Assembly (NCBI GenBank): GCA_963668095.1
Contig: OY764083.1
Coordinates: forward strand, 1,131,709 to 1,195,708
DNA from: Acidobacteriota bacterium
Lineage (GTDB): Bacteria > Acidobacteriota > UBA6911 > RPQK01 > JAJDTT01
DNA length: 64,000 bases
Direction of reading: 5' to 3'
Shown piece after piece: positions 19,001 through 27,989 of this stretch; position 1 is the first letter of the stretch; each line of letters starts with the position of its first letter. The position numbers and the translations under genes were made by a program. The notes beneath the pieces are model-generated. The model saw nothing but the letters and a program-made list of their open reading frames with translations, searched no databases and was not told the origin of the DNA.

Positions 19001-20786
19001 GTTGCCCCCCACCCGTTTCTTCGAACGGATAGTTGAGGGGGAGGAGGATGAGGATCAGTTTGCGACGAGCGACATCGAAAGCATTCTGGGGTTGTTCGTG
19101 GCTCAAGGAGCTCCCGAACGGATGTTGCGCTGGCACTACCGAAGCCGGCATGAGTCCTTGATCACCGTTTCCAACCATGAGTTCTACGAGAATCGACTCA
19201 TGATCTTTCCGAGTCCGGACGCGCAGCGGAAGGAGGTTGGACTCCAGTTTAGGTGCGACCCCGAAAATTTCTACGAGCGTGGGGCCGGGCGGAGTTTCAA
19301 TTCGGGTGAGGCTCGAACGGTGGCCGGAGCGGTCATGGAACATGCGCGAACTCAGCCCGATCTGACGCTGGGAGTCGCCGCGTTCAGCATCGCTCAGGCC
19401 CGAAGGATCGAGGATGAACTGGAAATTCTCCGCCGCCGGGATCCCTCCCACGAGCCATTCTTCGCCAGGCATCCGGATGAGCCGTTTTTCGTCAAGAACC
19501 TGGAGAACGTCCAGGGCGACGAACGGGATGTGATCTTCATCAGCGTCGGCTACGGCAAAACCGAAGACGGCCGGATGCGGATGAATTTCGGTCCGCTGAA
19601 CCAGGACGGTGGCGAGCGGCGTTTGAACGTGCTCATCACTCGCGCCCGCCGTCGATGCGTCGTCTACTCGAACTTCAACGCCGACGACCTGGACCTGAGG
19701 CGGACCAACGCCCGTGGCGTCCAGGCTCTCCAGACGTTTTTGAATTATGCCGCGACCGGAATCCTTGAAGTCCCGCGAGCATCAGGGCGGGAGGCCGATT
19801 CCCTGTTCGAGGAGGCGGTCGCCTCGAGATTGACGGAGCGTGGACACTCCGTCGATCACCAGATCGGCTCAAGCGGATTCTTCGTGGACCTGGCCATCAT
19901 CGACCCGAATCTCCCGGGACGATATCTGCTCGGAATCGAATGCGACGGGGCCACTTACCACAGCGCACGCTCGGCTCGTGATCGAGACCGCCTCCGGCAG
20001 CAGGTACTCGAGGGCCTGGGCTGGACCATCCATCGAATCTGGAGCACCGACTGGTTCCATCACCCCGAGCGGGAACTGGAGAAGGTCGAAGGTGCGATCT
20101 GGCAGGCCATGCGGGACGATTCCTTCCGCGAAGGGGCTCCCAAGAGCCCCAGAAGTCACCCGGCTCCAATTTCCCGCGCTCAGGTACCGGAGGCCACACA
20201 GCAGGTTGCTGATCCATACCTTCTGGGAAAACCAGGGGTCCGCCTATTGGGTCAGGAACTCCATGAAGTGTGGTCCGGGCATGTGATGAACTGGATTCTC
20301 CAGGTCGTTCGAGTGGAGAGTCCGGTACACCTGCAAGAGGTCGCGCGCCGAATTGCCACTGCGGCCGGTGTGAAGCGGGTCGGCAGTCGAATTCGAAATC
20401 GAATCCAGACTGCTGCCAACGAAGCCGTCCGGGAAGGAAAAATCTATCGGCTGGACAACTTCCTGTGGCGTCGCGACCACAAACAGGTTCCACTTCGACG
20501 CCGTGACCGCCTGCCCCCTGCGATGCGCAAAATCGATCTGATCTCACCGCAGGAAATCGGCACCGCTCTACTTCACGCCGTTCAGGCGAGCCACGGAATC
20601 GACGAAGCCGGCGCCATCAACGAGGCGGCCCGGCTGTTCGGATTCAAACGGGTCGGTCCGGGTATTCGGTCTCGCTTCAAGACCATCCTTGACAGACTTG
20701 TCGAGGGCGGCGCTCTGACCCATCAACAGCAGTACCTGCGTCCGGGTCCAACCGAGATTCCGATTCCAGGTGCAGATGGAAGGTAA
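16032..20786 (+). CDS. DUF4011 - SF1 helicase - Vsr-like/REase nuclease - DUF3320-like protein (Hhe-type anti-phage defence)
   Basis: N-terminal LLDLTLRNPLLNF / EEQGVNILFLALG; Walker A QGPPGTGKSQT; DEASQ, GDSKQLPP, LRWHYRS, ENVQGDERD, RLNVLITRAR; nuclease VDLA..IECDG.TYH..RDRLRQ..L..LGW..RIWSTDW. Confidence 0.85.
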   Translation: MSASTSVATQLDQSRRDLLDLTLRNPLLNFRPSKTRGLTITGEVPREIFRIIARDRRPMYFLPTSSGGEYESLEGEIPGNLLSSIAEYEDPSAEVAAHHVDNQLQTPYSATQLEIRLKNTFRAAHTSIEEQGVNILFLALGTLNWYESESSELLRMAPLILVPVDLTRTSIRARYRLVYMGEEIGANLSLEAKLKADFNIRLPELPDVEDLHVNDYFQEVRAAIAGKERWAVEANAIFLGFFSFSKLLIYKDLDPISWPDDEPPSDHPVIEALLSRDGFRNGAPDDMEEDGLDSRLTAQDAHQILDSDSSQTLAVIDAMKGLNLVIQGPPGTGKSQTITNLIAEAIAQDKKVLFVAEKMAALEVVKRRLDSVHIGDACLELHSHTANKKAVVDELRRTLHLGKPQIKDVTEDRLLMDRRRKRLDEYATAVNTPIGQSGFTPHEVIGRLARFEELDAATEWPLLSGGVVASFGRRDFLKFREWVSELQELVQTIGKPREHIFWESTRTSYLPTDRLRILTALRNAADALCKLRGSVATLQKSVRLDDPDLDLEKVARLTRTVLHATERPDLRYVDHRHPDWKFQHDEIKQTARVLLEYSEIRSRYESILIFEAWDQNVLSYRRTLMEYGDKWWRFLSGKYRAARTGLYGLCRSDPPSEGSAQLKIVEAILREQRLSRQIEDSSLLPSLFPGLRLDRNSAKNRQLSELMNWLLVLYRKKAGNGVDERIHELLDRDLDCEELKRLVEICSSDAGRISVALEAVAEILELNISRSRTGTGLADRRFSDLEIWLDYAQNQVNSLHEIVRFNSIEKRLVDSGLQRMIDTAVSWKHAGVHLVDLLERSWLVVLIEAALRERPVLREFDGGMHQKFIEEFCKLDTDFFQHNRALVAQAHWERLPRHHGGGQLGVLKREFEKKRRHLPLRRLMAKAGNAIQQVKPIFMMSPLSVAKFIPPESVRFDLVIFDEASQVKPVEAMGAIRRGRHSIVVGDSKQLPPTRFFERIVEGEEDEDQFATSDIESILGLFVAQGAPERMLRWHYRSRHESLITVSNHEFYENRLMIFPSPDAQRKEVGLQFRCDPENFYERGAGRSFNSGEARTVAGAVMEHARTQPDLTLGVAAFSIAQARRIEDELEILRRRDPSHEPFFARHPDEPFFVKNLENVQGDERDVIFISVGYGKTEDGRMRMNFGPLNQDGGERRLNVLITRARRRCVVYSNFNADDLDLRRTNARGVQALQTFLNYAATGILEVPRASGREADSLFEEAVASRLTERGHSVDHQIGSSGFFVDLAIIDPNLPGRYLLGIECDGATYHSARSARDRDRLRQQVLEGLGWTIHRIWSTDWFHHPERELEKVEGAIWQAMRDDSFREGAPKSPRSHPAPISRAQVPEATQQVADPYLLGKPGVRLLGQELHEVWSGHVMNWILQVVRVESPVHLQEVARRIATAAGVKRVGSRIRNRIQTAANEAVREGKIYRLDNFLWRRDHKQVPLRRRDRLPPAMRKIDLISPQEIGTALLHAVQASHGIDEAGAINEAARLFGFKRVGPGIRSRFKTILDRLVEGGALTHQQQYLRPGPTEIPIPGADGR

Positions 20787-20861
20787 GGAAACCGCCACCG
20801 TTCCCTTCACAGATATCACCTATCGGCAGCAGTCCTCTTTCGAATTGGGACCAGTCCAGGC

Positions 20862-21713
20862 TCAATCCAGGTTGGCTTCACGGACTCCTTTGGTGGGGTC
20901 TTTCTTGATGGCGATGATGGTCCGATCGTCACTCTGGCGGCCGGCGCCGCCGAATTCCGCAACATCCGCCATGACGGCATGGCAGATCTCCTGGGCCGAC
21001 CGGTCCCGGTTGGCCCAAGCCAGCTTTCGCAGGGCCTCGAACCCGTATTCCCTGCCCTCCCCGTTCCGAGTCTCGATGATGCCGTCGGTGTAGCCGAGGA
21101 GCACGTCTCCCAGTTCCATTCGCGTCTCCCCGATCTGGTACCCGATGGGCGGAGTCCAAAATGCCCCCAGGACCAAACCGCCCACATCCAGCGTCTCGAT
21201 TCGATCCGGTTTCAGGATCAGGGGACTGAAATGGCCGGCGTTGATGTAGCGGACGACGCCGTCCACGTGAATCTCCCCGTAGAACGCAGAGATGAATTGA
21301 TCGGTCCGGGACGACCGGAACATACGGCGATTGATCTTGGAGAAGAGGAGATTGGTCGTGTCCTGGGCGTAGGCCGCCTCGAAGGCGATGGCCGTATAGA
21401 GGGCCGTGTTGAAGTCCCGGATCAGCATCGCCGCCACCAGGCCGTGACCAGCGGCATCGGCAATGACGACGCCGAAACGGTCCTTGAGGCCGAATCGCCC
21501 TTCCAGGTTGATGAAATCGTAGAAATCACCGCCGATGACGGCGGTGGGGAGGGTCACGCCGAAGATATCGTAGTCGGCATACGCCGTCACCCGCCCCGGA
21601 TCGGGCATGATGCGGCTCTGCATGTCGGCCAGGGAGACGAACTCCTCTTCGATCTCCCTCAGGTCCATGCGGGCGATGCGGGTGAGTTTGTCCGAATCGC
21701 GCGCCTCAGTCAC
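20862..21713 (-). CDS. PP2C/SpoIIE-family phosphatase (RsbU-like) without sensor domain
   Basis: GGDFYD, IADAAGHG, NAGH, YTDGIIE, DDRT. Confidence 0.88.
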   Translation of the reverse strand: MTEARDSDKLTRIARMDLREIEEEFVSLADMQSRIMPDPGRVTAYADYDIFGVTLPTAVIGGDFYDFINLEGRFGLKDRFGVVIADAAGHGLVAAMLIRDFNTALYTAIAFEAAYAQDTTNLLFSKINRRMFRSSRTDQFISAFYGEIHVDGVVRYINAGHFSPLILKPDRIETLDVGGLVLGAFWTPPIGYQIGETRMELGDVLLGYTDGIIETRNGEGREYGFEALRKLAWANRDRSAQEICHAVMADVAEFGGAGRQSDDRTIIAIKKDPTKGVREANLD

Positions 21714-22768
21714 GCTTCCTCACTCGTAAAGCGGTCCACGACCCGGGCCCGGACCTGACTCTCCGGGCTCAACTGCACGCCAAGAACCTGTCCCGGACGG
21801 GCAAAGGCCCGCCTCACATACCCCAGGGCAATGGGTCCGTTCAGACGCGGAGAGAGTACGGCGCTGGTCACCGAACCGATGGCCTTGCCTTCGGGACTCA
21901 GGACTCGATCTCCCGGCTCCGGAAGCTCTTCTCCATCCAGAACCAAGCCCATGAGAAACCTTCCGACGCCGCCGATGTGGGTGGCCTTGGCCACGACCTC
22001 CTGCCCCAGATAGCATCCCTTGGTCAAGCTGATGGCCGAATTCAGCCGAGCCTCCATGGGGTAGTTGCCTTCGTCCATATCCACGCCGAATTGGGGAATG
22101 GCGGCCTCGATGCGAAGCAGGTTCCAGACTTCCGGATCCAGCCTCCGGACGGGAAACGATCCGTTCCATTCCGACAACGCCCGGCTCAAGGAGGAACCGG
22201 TCTTCCGAGGTACCAGAATTTCGCAGCCTGCCGCCCCGACATCCGATTTGTGGATCAACAAGGCCGAGGCACCGTCCCAATCCGTCTCCACGACTTGGAG
22301 GGTTTGAGCCGGGATCCCGGTTTGAAGCAGCGCCCGAACCAGATCCCCCACCCGCGGACCCTGGAGCGAGAAGTGGCTGAACTGATCGCTGAGCGAAAGT
22401 TCCACCTCATCCATGATGACGTAGGCCTCCAAGGCTTCGCGGAGCCGCTCGGCCAGCGGCAGACCCACGTCTATGAGGACCAGCCGGGGCAGCCGATAGT
22501 AGTAGAAATCCGCAACCATCTTCCCGCGGGCAGTCAGGAAGGTGCCATACCGGCCCTGGTAGGCCTCCAGGCCCTCGACGTCGTTGCTGATCATGGAATG
22601 GAGGAAGCGGATCCGGTCCGCTCCGGTCACCCGGAGCTTGGTCCGCCGGGACAGTTCCCGCCAGCCGACACCACGGCCGACTGATTGGTACTGGTTTCGA
22701 CGTTCAGGGTCCATCTTTCGGCCGAGGGTTGGGACCGTTCCGTTCGGTCCGGTTGCTTTCGGATCCAT
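21710..22768 (-). CDS. ygfZ: YgfZ/GcvT-family folate-binding protein
   Basis: GADRIRFL, LRIEAAIP, signature KGCYLGQE. Confidence 0.85.
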   Translation of the reverse strand: MDPKATGPNGTVPTLGRKMDPERRNQYQSVGRGVGWRELSRRTKLRVTGADRIRFLHSMISNDVEGLEAYQGRYGTFLTARGKMVADFYYYRLPRLVLIDVGLPLAERLREALEAYVIMDEVELSLSDQFSHFSLQGPRVGDLVRALLQTGIPAQTLQVVETDWDGASALLIHKSDVGAAGCEILVPRKTGSSLSRALSEWNGSFPVRRLDPEVWNLLRIEAAIPQFGVDMDEGNYPMEARLNSAISLTKGCYLGQEVVAKATHIGGVGRFLMGLVLDGEELPEPGDRVLSPEGKAIGSVTSAVLSPRLNGPIALGYVRRAFARPGQVLGVQLSPESQVRARVVDRFTSEEA

Positions 22769-22800
22769 CCAGGAATCGGCTGTTCCGGCGTCCTGGTTGA

Positions 22801-23511
22801 CTAGAGGGTTTCGCCAGGACTCATGGGAATGACCTCGGTCCCCAGATCCCGGGTCAGACGGGCCAATTCTGCCGGTGTGCCGGTAAGGATTGGAAAGGTC
22901 CCGTAGTGCATGGGAATCACCTTCCGGGCGTTCATCAGCCGGCAGGCATAGGCAGCCTCCACGGGACCCATGGTGAAGTGGTCTCCGATCGGCAGGAAGA
23001 TCAGCTCGGGCTGGTAAATCTCGGCGATGATCTTCATATCCCCGAAGACGCAGGTGTCGCCCGCGAAATAGATGCGCAGGCCGTTCTCGAACTCCACGAC
23101 GTACCCGGCGGGCTCTCCACCCTCGATCATGTTGCCGTCGGCACCCATGATCCCCGAACTGTGCCGCGCGTCCACCATGGTGACCCGAAGATCCCCCACG
23201 GTCACGGTTCCGCCCTTGTTCATGGCCACAATGTTGGAGACCCCCTGCTTTTCCAGCCAGTTCCCGATTTCAAGGATGCAGACGACCTGGGGCTCCAGCC
23301 GGGTGGCCAGGCTCACGGCATCCTGAATATGATCGAAATGCCCGTGGGTCACCAAGATGACGTCCAGCGAGTCGATCTGCGCCGCCTCCTTGGGACAGGC
23401 CGGGTTGTGATCGGTCCAGGGATCGATCAAGACCTTCCGTCCGGACGGTGACGTGAACAGGAACGTACTGTGACCCAGAAATTGGATCTCGACTCCGCGA
23501 CCGATACCCAT
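22801..23511 (-). CDS. UPF0173 metal-dependent hydrolase (MBL fold)
   Basis: FLGHSTF, LIDPW, THGHFDH, MNKGG, AGDT, LPIGD.FTMG, IPMHYGTF; GGAGG RBS upstream of 23511. Confidence 0.9.
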   Translation of the reverse strand: MGIGRGVEIQFLGHSTFLFTSPSGRKVLIDPWTDHNPACPKEAAQIDSLDVILVTHGHFDHIQDAVSLATRLEPQVVCILEIGNWLEKQGVSNIVAMNKGGTVTVGDLRVTMVDARHSSGIMGADGNMIEGGEPAGYVVEFENGLRIYFAGDTCVFGDMKIIAEIYQPELIFLPIGDHFTMGPVEAAYACRLMNARKVIPMHYGTFPILTGTPAELARLTRDLGTEVIPMSPGETL

Positions 23512-23581
23512 GGCGTCCTCCTCTTGGAGGCACAATATACTCGCCCCGGCGAATCGAGTAAAATCGGCCCGTTTCTGAGAA

Positions 23582-23618
23582 AACGAGGAAAGAGGAAAAA
23601 GAAAAGAGTGAAGACAGG
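23582..23618 (+). repeat. (GGAAAGA)n-GAGTGAAGAC dispersed repeat, copy 2
   Basis: AACGAGGAAAGAGGAAAAAGAAAAGAGTGAAGACAGG, nearly identical to the reverse complement of 63828-63866. Confidence 0.75.
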
Positions 23619-23764
23619 TGGATCGTCTGCGCCCAGGGGACTCGGCAGCGGAGACGGGCTCGTAGAGGAAGACGAAGCCGAACGAACACGATGCCTGTTT
23701 CTCCTTGGCGTCCGCCGGACCGGGACGGTGGGAGAGCTGGTGAGAGTCCCGTGTGACGTTTGGA

Positions 23765-24121
23765 ATGGATAGTCTCCGTCTCCTGGATATCGAGTGTCGG
23801 TCCCGCATCGGCGTGACCCCCGAAGAACGGGCGCGGCCCCAATCGATACGGGTCGATCTGGACCTGGGCCTGGACCTGGAAGCGGCCGGCAACAGCGACG
23901 CCATCGACCTGGCGGTGGACTACGTGAAGGTGGTGGACCGGGTGCAGGCCATCGCCGCCGATAGGGAGTACCACCTGGTGGAGGCGGTAGCCCGGACCCT
24001 CTGCCGGCGTCTGCTGGAGGAGAACCCCATTGATCAGGTTCAGGTGACAGTCAGGAAACGGCCTGAAGAATTGAAGGAGAAACTGAGAGAGGTGGCCGTG
24101 ATCATGACCCGGCCCGCCTGA
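23765..24121 (+). CDS. folB: Dihydroneopterin aldolase
   Basis: IGV..EER..PQ...DL, SD.....VDY, LVEAVA, VRK.P. Confidence 0.9.
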   Translation: MDSLRLLDIECRSRIGVTPEERARPQSIRVDLDLGLDLEAAGNSDAIDLAVDYVKVVDRVQAIAADREYHLVEAVARTLCRRLLEENPIDQVQVTVRKRPEELKEKLREVAVIMTRPA

Positions 24122-24178
24122 TCTGCCGGCTGGAGAAACGGTCTATGACGACACCGGAGCCCGGAGGCGCTCCGGGGG

Positions 24179-24505
24179 TCAGATTCCGAAGGACTGGCCG
24201 CAGCTGCAGGTCCGGGTGGCATTGGGATTCACGAACGTGAACCCCTGCTGCATCATCGATCCGCGCCAGTCCAGACCCATGCCTTTCAGAAACAGATAGC
24301 TCTTCATGTCCACGTAGACCTGTACGCCGTACTCTTCGAAGATCCGGTCGCCCGGCTTCTTCTCCTCCTCGAAGCGCATGACATAGCTCAGTCCGGAACA
24401 TCCCCCTCCGCGGACTCCCAGGCGAAGTCCTCCTCGGTTCAGCCCTTCCTGTTGAAGGCCCTGCTTGATCTTCTCTGCTGCCGTCTCGGTGATGGTGATG
24501 GACAT
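24179..24505 (-). CDS. iscA: Second A-type Fe-S cluster carrier (IscA/HesB family)
   Basis: GGGCSGLSY, NPNA..TCSCGQSF. Confidence 0.92.
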   Translation of the reverse strand: MSITITETAAEKIKQGLQQEGLNRGGLRLGVRGGGCSGLSYVMRFEEEKKPGDRIFEEYGVQVYVDMKSYLFLKGMGLDWRGSMMQQGFTFVNPNATRTCSCGQSFGI

Positions 24506-24549
24506 TGCCTCTCGGTCCTCCCGCTCCGTCTATATTACACTACCATCCG

Positions 24550-25161
24550 ATGCTGAAACGGATCGCCTCCGTGATTCTGGCCGCAGGCGACTCCCGCCGC
24601 ATGGGGAGCCCCAAGGCCCTGCTGCCGTTGGGACGCAAGGCCTTTCTGCGACATATCCTCGACTGCCACCTGACTCTCGGGTCGGACCCCTGGGTGGTGC
24701 TGGGGCGACAGCATCGCGAGATCCGGAACCGGCTGGACCTGACAGGTGCCCGCGTCGTGGTGAACCCCGATACGGACCGGGGTCCCCTCTCCAGCCTCCT
24801 TCTGGTTCTGGAGAGACTCGATGGTTTCGACGGCGTGCTGGTGCATCCCGTGGACCACCCCCTCGTCGCCACGTCCACTCTCCATGCCCTTCTCCGAAAA
24901 CATTTCCAGTGTCCGGCCTGCATACTGATTCCCCGGCACCGCGGAAAAAAGGGACACCCGGTACTCTTTCCGCACCGATTCTTTCCCGAATTGAAGCAAG
25001 CCCCGTTGGAGGAGGGCGCGCGCTGGGTGGTGAGGCGCCGCTTGAGCTCCCAGTTTCTGGTGCCCGTCCTGGACGCAGGCGTGGTGACCAACGTCAACCG
25101 GCCGGAGCAGTTGGATCGTCTCCGGCGAACCGGCCACGGCGTGGGTTATCCCACGGTTTAA
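24550..25161 (+). CDS. MocA/MobA-like nucleotidyltransferase (Moco cytidylyltransferase-like)
   Basis: LAAGDSRRMGSPKALL, VVNPD..G..SSL, PVDHP, GHPVLF, GAR. Confidence 0.85.
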   Translation: MLKRIASVILAAGDSRRMGSPKALLPLGRKAFLRHILDCHLTLGSDPWVVLGRQHREIRNRLDLTGARVVVNPDTDRGPLSSLLLVLERLDGFDGVLVHPVDHPLVATSTLHALLRKHFQCPACILIPRHRGKKGHPVLFPHRFFPELKQAPLEEGARWVVRRRLSSQFLVPVLDAGVVTNVNRPEQLDRLRRTGHGVGYPTV

Positions 25162-26585
25162 TACGCCGGGACCGAAGGATCCACGTCCCGGGCCCAGGCC
25201 AGGATTCCGCCCTCCAGGTTCCGGATCTTCCTGAAACCAGCCTGGCGCAGCAACTGCACGGCCTGGGCGCTCCGGGCGCCCGAGCGGCACTGGGCTACGA
25301 TTTCACGGGAGGTGTCCAGTTCGTTGAGGCGGTTGAGCAGATCACCCAACGGGATCAGTTGGGCCCCGTCGATGCGGCAGATCTCGTACTCGGGCGGGTT
25401 CCGCACATCCAGAATGAAGACGTCGTCGCCCCGGTCCAATTCCTGCTTCAACTCCACCGCCGTCACTTCCTCCACCGATGTGGCCGACTCGGGTTCGATA
25501 CCGCAGAACTGTTCGTAGTCGATGAGCTCGTGCAAGGTGGGCTCGTCCCCGCAGACCGGGCATTCCGGATCTCTTCGCAGCTTCAACTCCCGGAACTTCA
25601 TGCCCAGGGCGTCAAACAGGAGCAGGCGGCCCACCAGGGGATCGCCCTGCTCCAGGATCAGCTTCACCACTTCGGTCGCTTGAATGATCCCCACCAGCCC
25701 GGGAAGAATCCCCAGGACTCCCCCCTCGGCGCAGGAGGGCACCAGGCCCGGGGGTGGCGGCTCCGGATAGAGGCAGCGATAGCAGGGTCCATCCGGAAGA
25801 GCGAAGACCGAGGCCTGGCCCTCGAACCGGAAGATGCTGGCGTAGACGTTCGGTTTGCCGCTCAGCACACAGGCGTCGTTGACCAGATACCGGGTGGGAA
25901 AGTTGTCGGTTCCGTCGGCCACGACGTCGTAGTACCGGAACAGGTCGAGCGCATTCTCGGAACTGAGGCGCAGCTGGTGGGTCTCCACCTGGACGTGAGG
26001 GTTGATCTGGGCCAAAGTGTCCTGCGCCGACTCCAGCTTGAACCGGCCCACGTCGCCGGTTCCATGGAGAATCTGCCGTTGCAGATTGCTCTCATCCACC
26101 ACGTCAAAATCCACAATTCCGAGGCGGCCGACTCCGGCCGCCGCCAGATACATGGCCAGGGGCGAACCCAGGCCTCCAGCACCGATGCACAGGACGCTGG
26201 CCTGCTTCAGCTTCCGCTGTCCCTCCAGACCCACCTCGGGCATGATCAGGTGGCGACTGTACCGCCGGATCTCCTCGTGGGTGAGAAGGCCGGGCGGGGC
26301 GGCCGCCACGCTGCCGCCGGCGATGGAGGGAACGATGCTGACCGTATCGCCGTCGCTGACGGCCGTGTCCTCCCGCTGCAGGTATCGGATATCTTCGTCG
26401 TTCAAGTAGACGTTGACGAAGTTCCTCAGGCGTCCCTGAGGGGTGTAGAGGTGCTTGCGGAGCGTCCCGTGTTGCTCGGTGAGGCTCTCCAGAACCTCCC
26501 GTATGGTGGCTCCCTCCAACTCCAACGACTCCCGGTTGCCCACATGGGGCCTCAGGGGAGTCGGAATGAACACCGTGACAGCCAT
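25158..26585 (-). CDS. moeB: Fusion of ubiquitin-like sulfur carrier (MoaD/CysO type), MoeB/E1 adenylyltransferase and rhodanese
   Basis: aa1-91 beta-grasp (IPTPLR...FVNVYLNDEDIR...IVPSIAGG); E1 RYSRH, GAGGLG, SNLQRQ, CYRC, SCAEGG, CPVC; rhodanese CRSGARS. Confidence 0.93.
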   Translation of the reverse strand: MAVTVFIPTPLRPHVGNRESLELEGATIREVLESLTEQHGTLRKHLYTPQGRLRNFVNVYLNDEDIRYLQREDTAVSDGDTVSIVPSIAGGSVAAAPPGLLTHEEIRRYSRHLIMPEVGLEGQRKLKQASVLCIGAGGLGSPLAMYLAAAGVGRLGIVDFDVVDESNLQRQILHGTGDVGRFKLESAQDTLAQINPHVQVETHQLRLSSENALDLFRYYDVVADGTDNFPTRYLVNDACVLSGKPNVYASIFRFEGQASVFALPDGPCYRCLYPEPPPPGLVPSCAEGGVLGILPGLVGIIQATEVVKLILEQGDPLVGRLLLFDALGMKFRELKLRRDPECPVCGDEPTLHELIDYEQFCGIEPESATSVEEVTAVELKQELDRGDDVFILDVRNPPEYEICRIDGAQLIPLGDLLNRLNELDTSREIVAQCRSGARSAQAVQLLRQAGFRKIRNLEGGILAWARDVDPSVPAY

Positions 26586-26616
26586 GGCTTTCCTCCTAGT
26601 CGCAAAAGAACTGATC

Positions 26617-27048
26617 TCAATTTCCCTGGAGTTCCAATTTCCATGCTTCCGGCTCGAAGCCGGAACGGTCTTCCATCAACAGCCAGGATAATATTTCCGC
26701 CGTCTTACCCTGGCGCACCGACGCGATCAGGTACGAGTACCAGGGCCAAGCATGGTCCCGATCATATTCGGACGGGCGGGCCGGCACATCCGGGTGGCTG
26801 TGAAAATAGCCCAGAATCTGCAACTCGCCTCCCCGGAGCCGCCTTTCCCACTCCAGCAGGAACTCGGGCGAGATCAGGTAGCGATTGGCGGCACTGTCGC
26901 TTCTCTGGTTCTGAGCCTCCACCACTCGGGAAACCCGCTTGAACCCGTCGCCCGCCGAACCGACCAGAAGTCCGCAGCACTCGTGAGGATAGGTCTTTTC
27001 GGCAATAGCCTTGATGCGCTCCAGGTCCTCCGGTTTCAAAAAAAGCAT
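26617..27048 (-). CDS. JAB/JAMM (Mov34, M67) metallopeptidase, Mec-like
   Basis: YPHECCG and HSHPD...PS..D JAMM motif; TGATG overlap with the cysM stop codon. Confidence 0.92.
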   Translation of the reverse strand: MLFLKPEDLERIKAIAEKTYPHECCGLLVGSAGDGFKRVSRVVEAQNQRSDSAANRYLISPEFLLEWERRLRGGELQILGYFHSHPDVPARPSEYDRDHAWPWYSYLIASVRQGKTAEILSWLLMEDRSGFEPEAWKLELQGN

Positions 27049-27971
27049 CAATCACTCTCCCAGAACTCCTCTGAGAGGTATTTGTCTCCCGAATCCGGGA
27101 AGATGGCCACGATGACGCCATGATCCAGGTTGCGGGCGACCTCAAGAGCCGCCGCCATGGCCGCGCCCCCGGAGATCCCCGCGAAGATTCCCTCCTCCCG
27201 GGCCAACCTCAGGACCATCTGCTGCCCCGCTTCAGTGGATACCTCCATATTCAAGTCGGCCAGGGTTGGATCGTAGATGGAGGGAACCAGCGCCGTGGGC
27301 ATGTGCTTGAGACCCTCCAGACCATGGAAGGGAGAATCGGGCATGAAGGAGATGGCCTGAATCCGCGGATTCAGCTCTTTGAGACGGCGGGTCGATCCAA
27401 TGAAGGTCCCACTCGTTCCCAGACCGGCCACGAAGTGGGTGATCCCTCCGTTGGTCTGCCGGTAGATCTCCATTGCCGTGGTCTCGTAGTGGGCCATCCA
27501 GTTGGCGTCATTGCTGTACTGGTCCGGGTAGAAATACTTTTCCGGCGACTCCTGGTAGAGCCGGCGAATCTCCCGAATCGCCCCGTCGGAACCCTCCAGC
27601 GGATCGGTCAGACGAATCTTGGCCCCATAGGCCCGCAGAATCTTCTTCCGTTCGATGCTGGCGTTGGCGGGCATGGCCAACAGGACATCGTAACCCCGGG
27701 CGGCTCCGATCATGGCGTATGCAATTCCGGTGTTGCCGCTGGTGGAATCGATGAGCGTACGCCCCGGCCGCAGCAGTCCCCGCTCCTCCGCGGTCCGGAT
27801 CATGTTGTAGGCGGCCCGGTCCTTGACCGATCCGCCCGGGTTGAATCCTTCCAGCTTCGCGAGGATGCGGACCCTGCCCGGCGGCACAATCCGCCGGATC
27901 TCCACCAGCGGAGTATTGCCGATCCGACTCAGCAGACTCTCTCTCGGCTCGACTGCCAACTCGACTTCCAT
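27048..27971 (-). CDS. cysM: PLP-dependent cysteine synthase (CysM/CysK family)
   Basis: IGNTPL, KLEGFNPGGSVKDR, TSGNTG, GLGTSGT, PDSGDKYLS. Confidence 0.92.
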   Translation of the reverse strand: MEVELAVEPRESLLSRIGNTPLVEIRRIVPPGRVRILAKLEGFNPGGSVKDRAAYNMIRTAEERGLLRPGRTLIDSTSGNTGIAYAMIGAARGYDVLLAMPANASIERKKILRAYGAKIRLTDPLEGSDGAIREIRRLYQESPEKYFYPDQYSNDANWMAHYETTAMEIYRQTNGGITHFVAGLGTSGTFIGSTRRLKELNPRIQAISFMPDSPFHGLEGLKHMPTALVPSIYDPTLADLNMEVSTEAGQQMVLRLAREEGIFAGISGGAAMAAALEVARNLDHGVIVAIFPDSGDKYLSEEFWESD

Positions 27972-27989
27972 GAGTCCCGTACGCGCTCC

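Noticed and set aside
23720-23755. GGGAGAGCTGGTGAGAGTCCCG resembling part of a cobalamin riboswitch
   Set aside because: No B12 box or other conserved elements, and the downstream gene folB does not fit.
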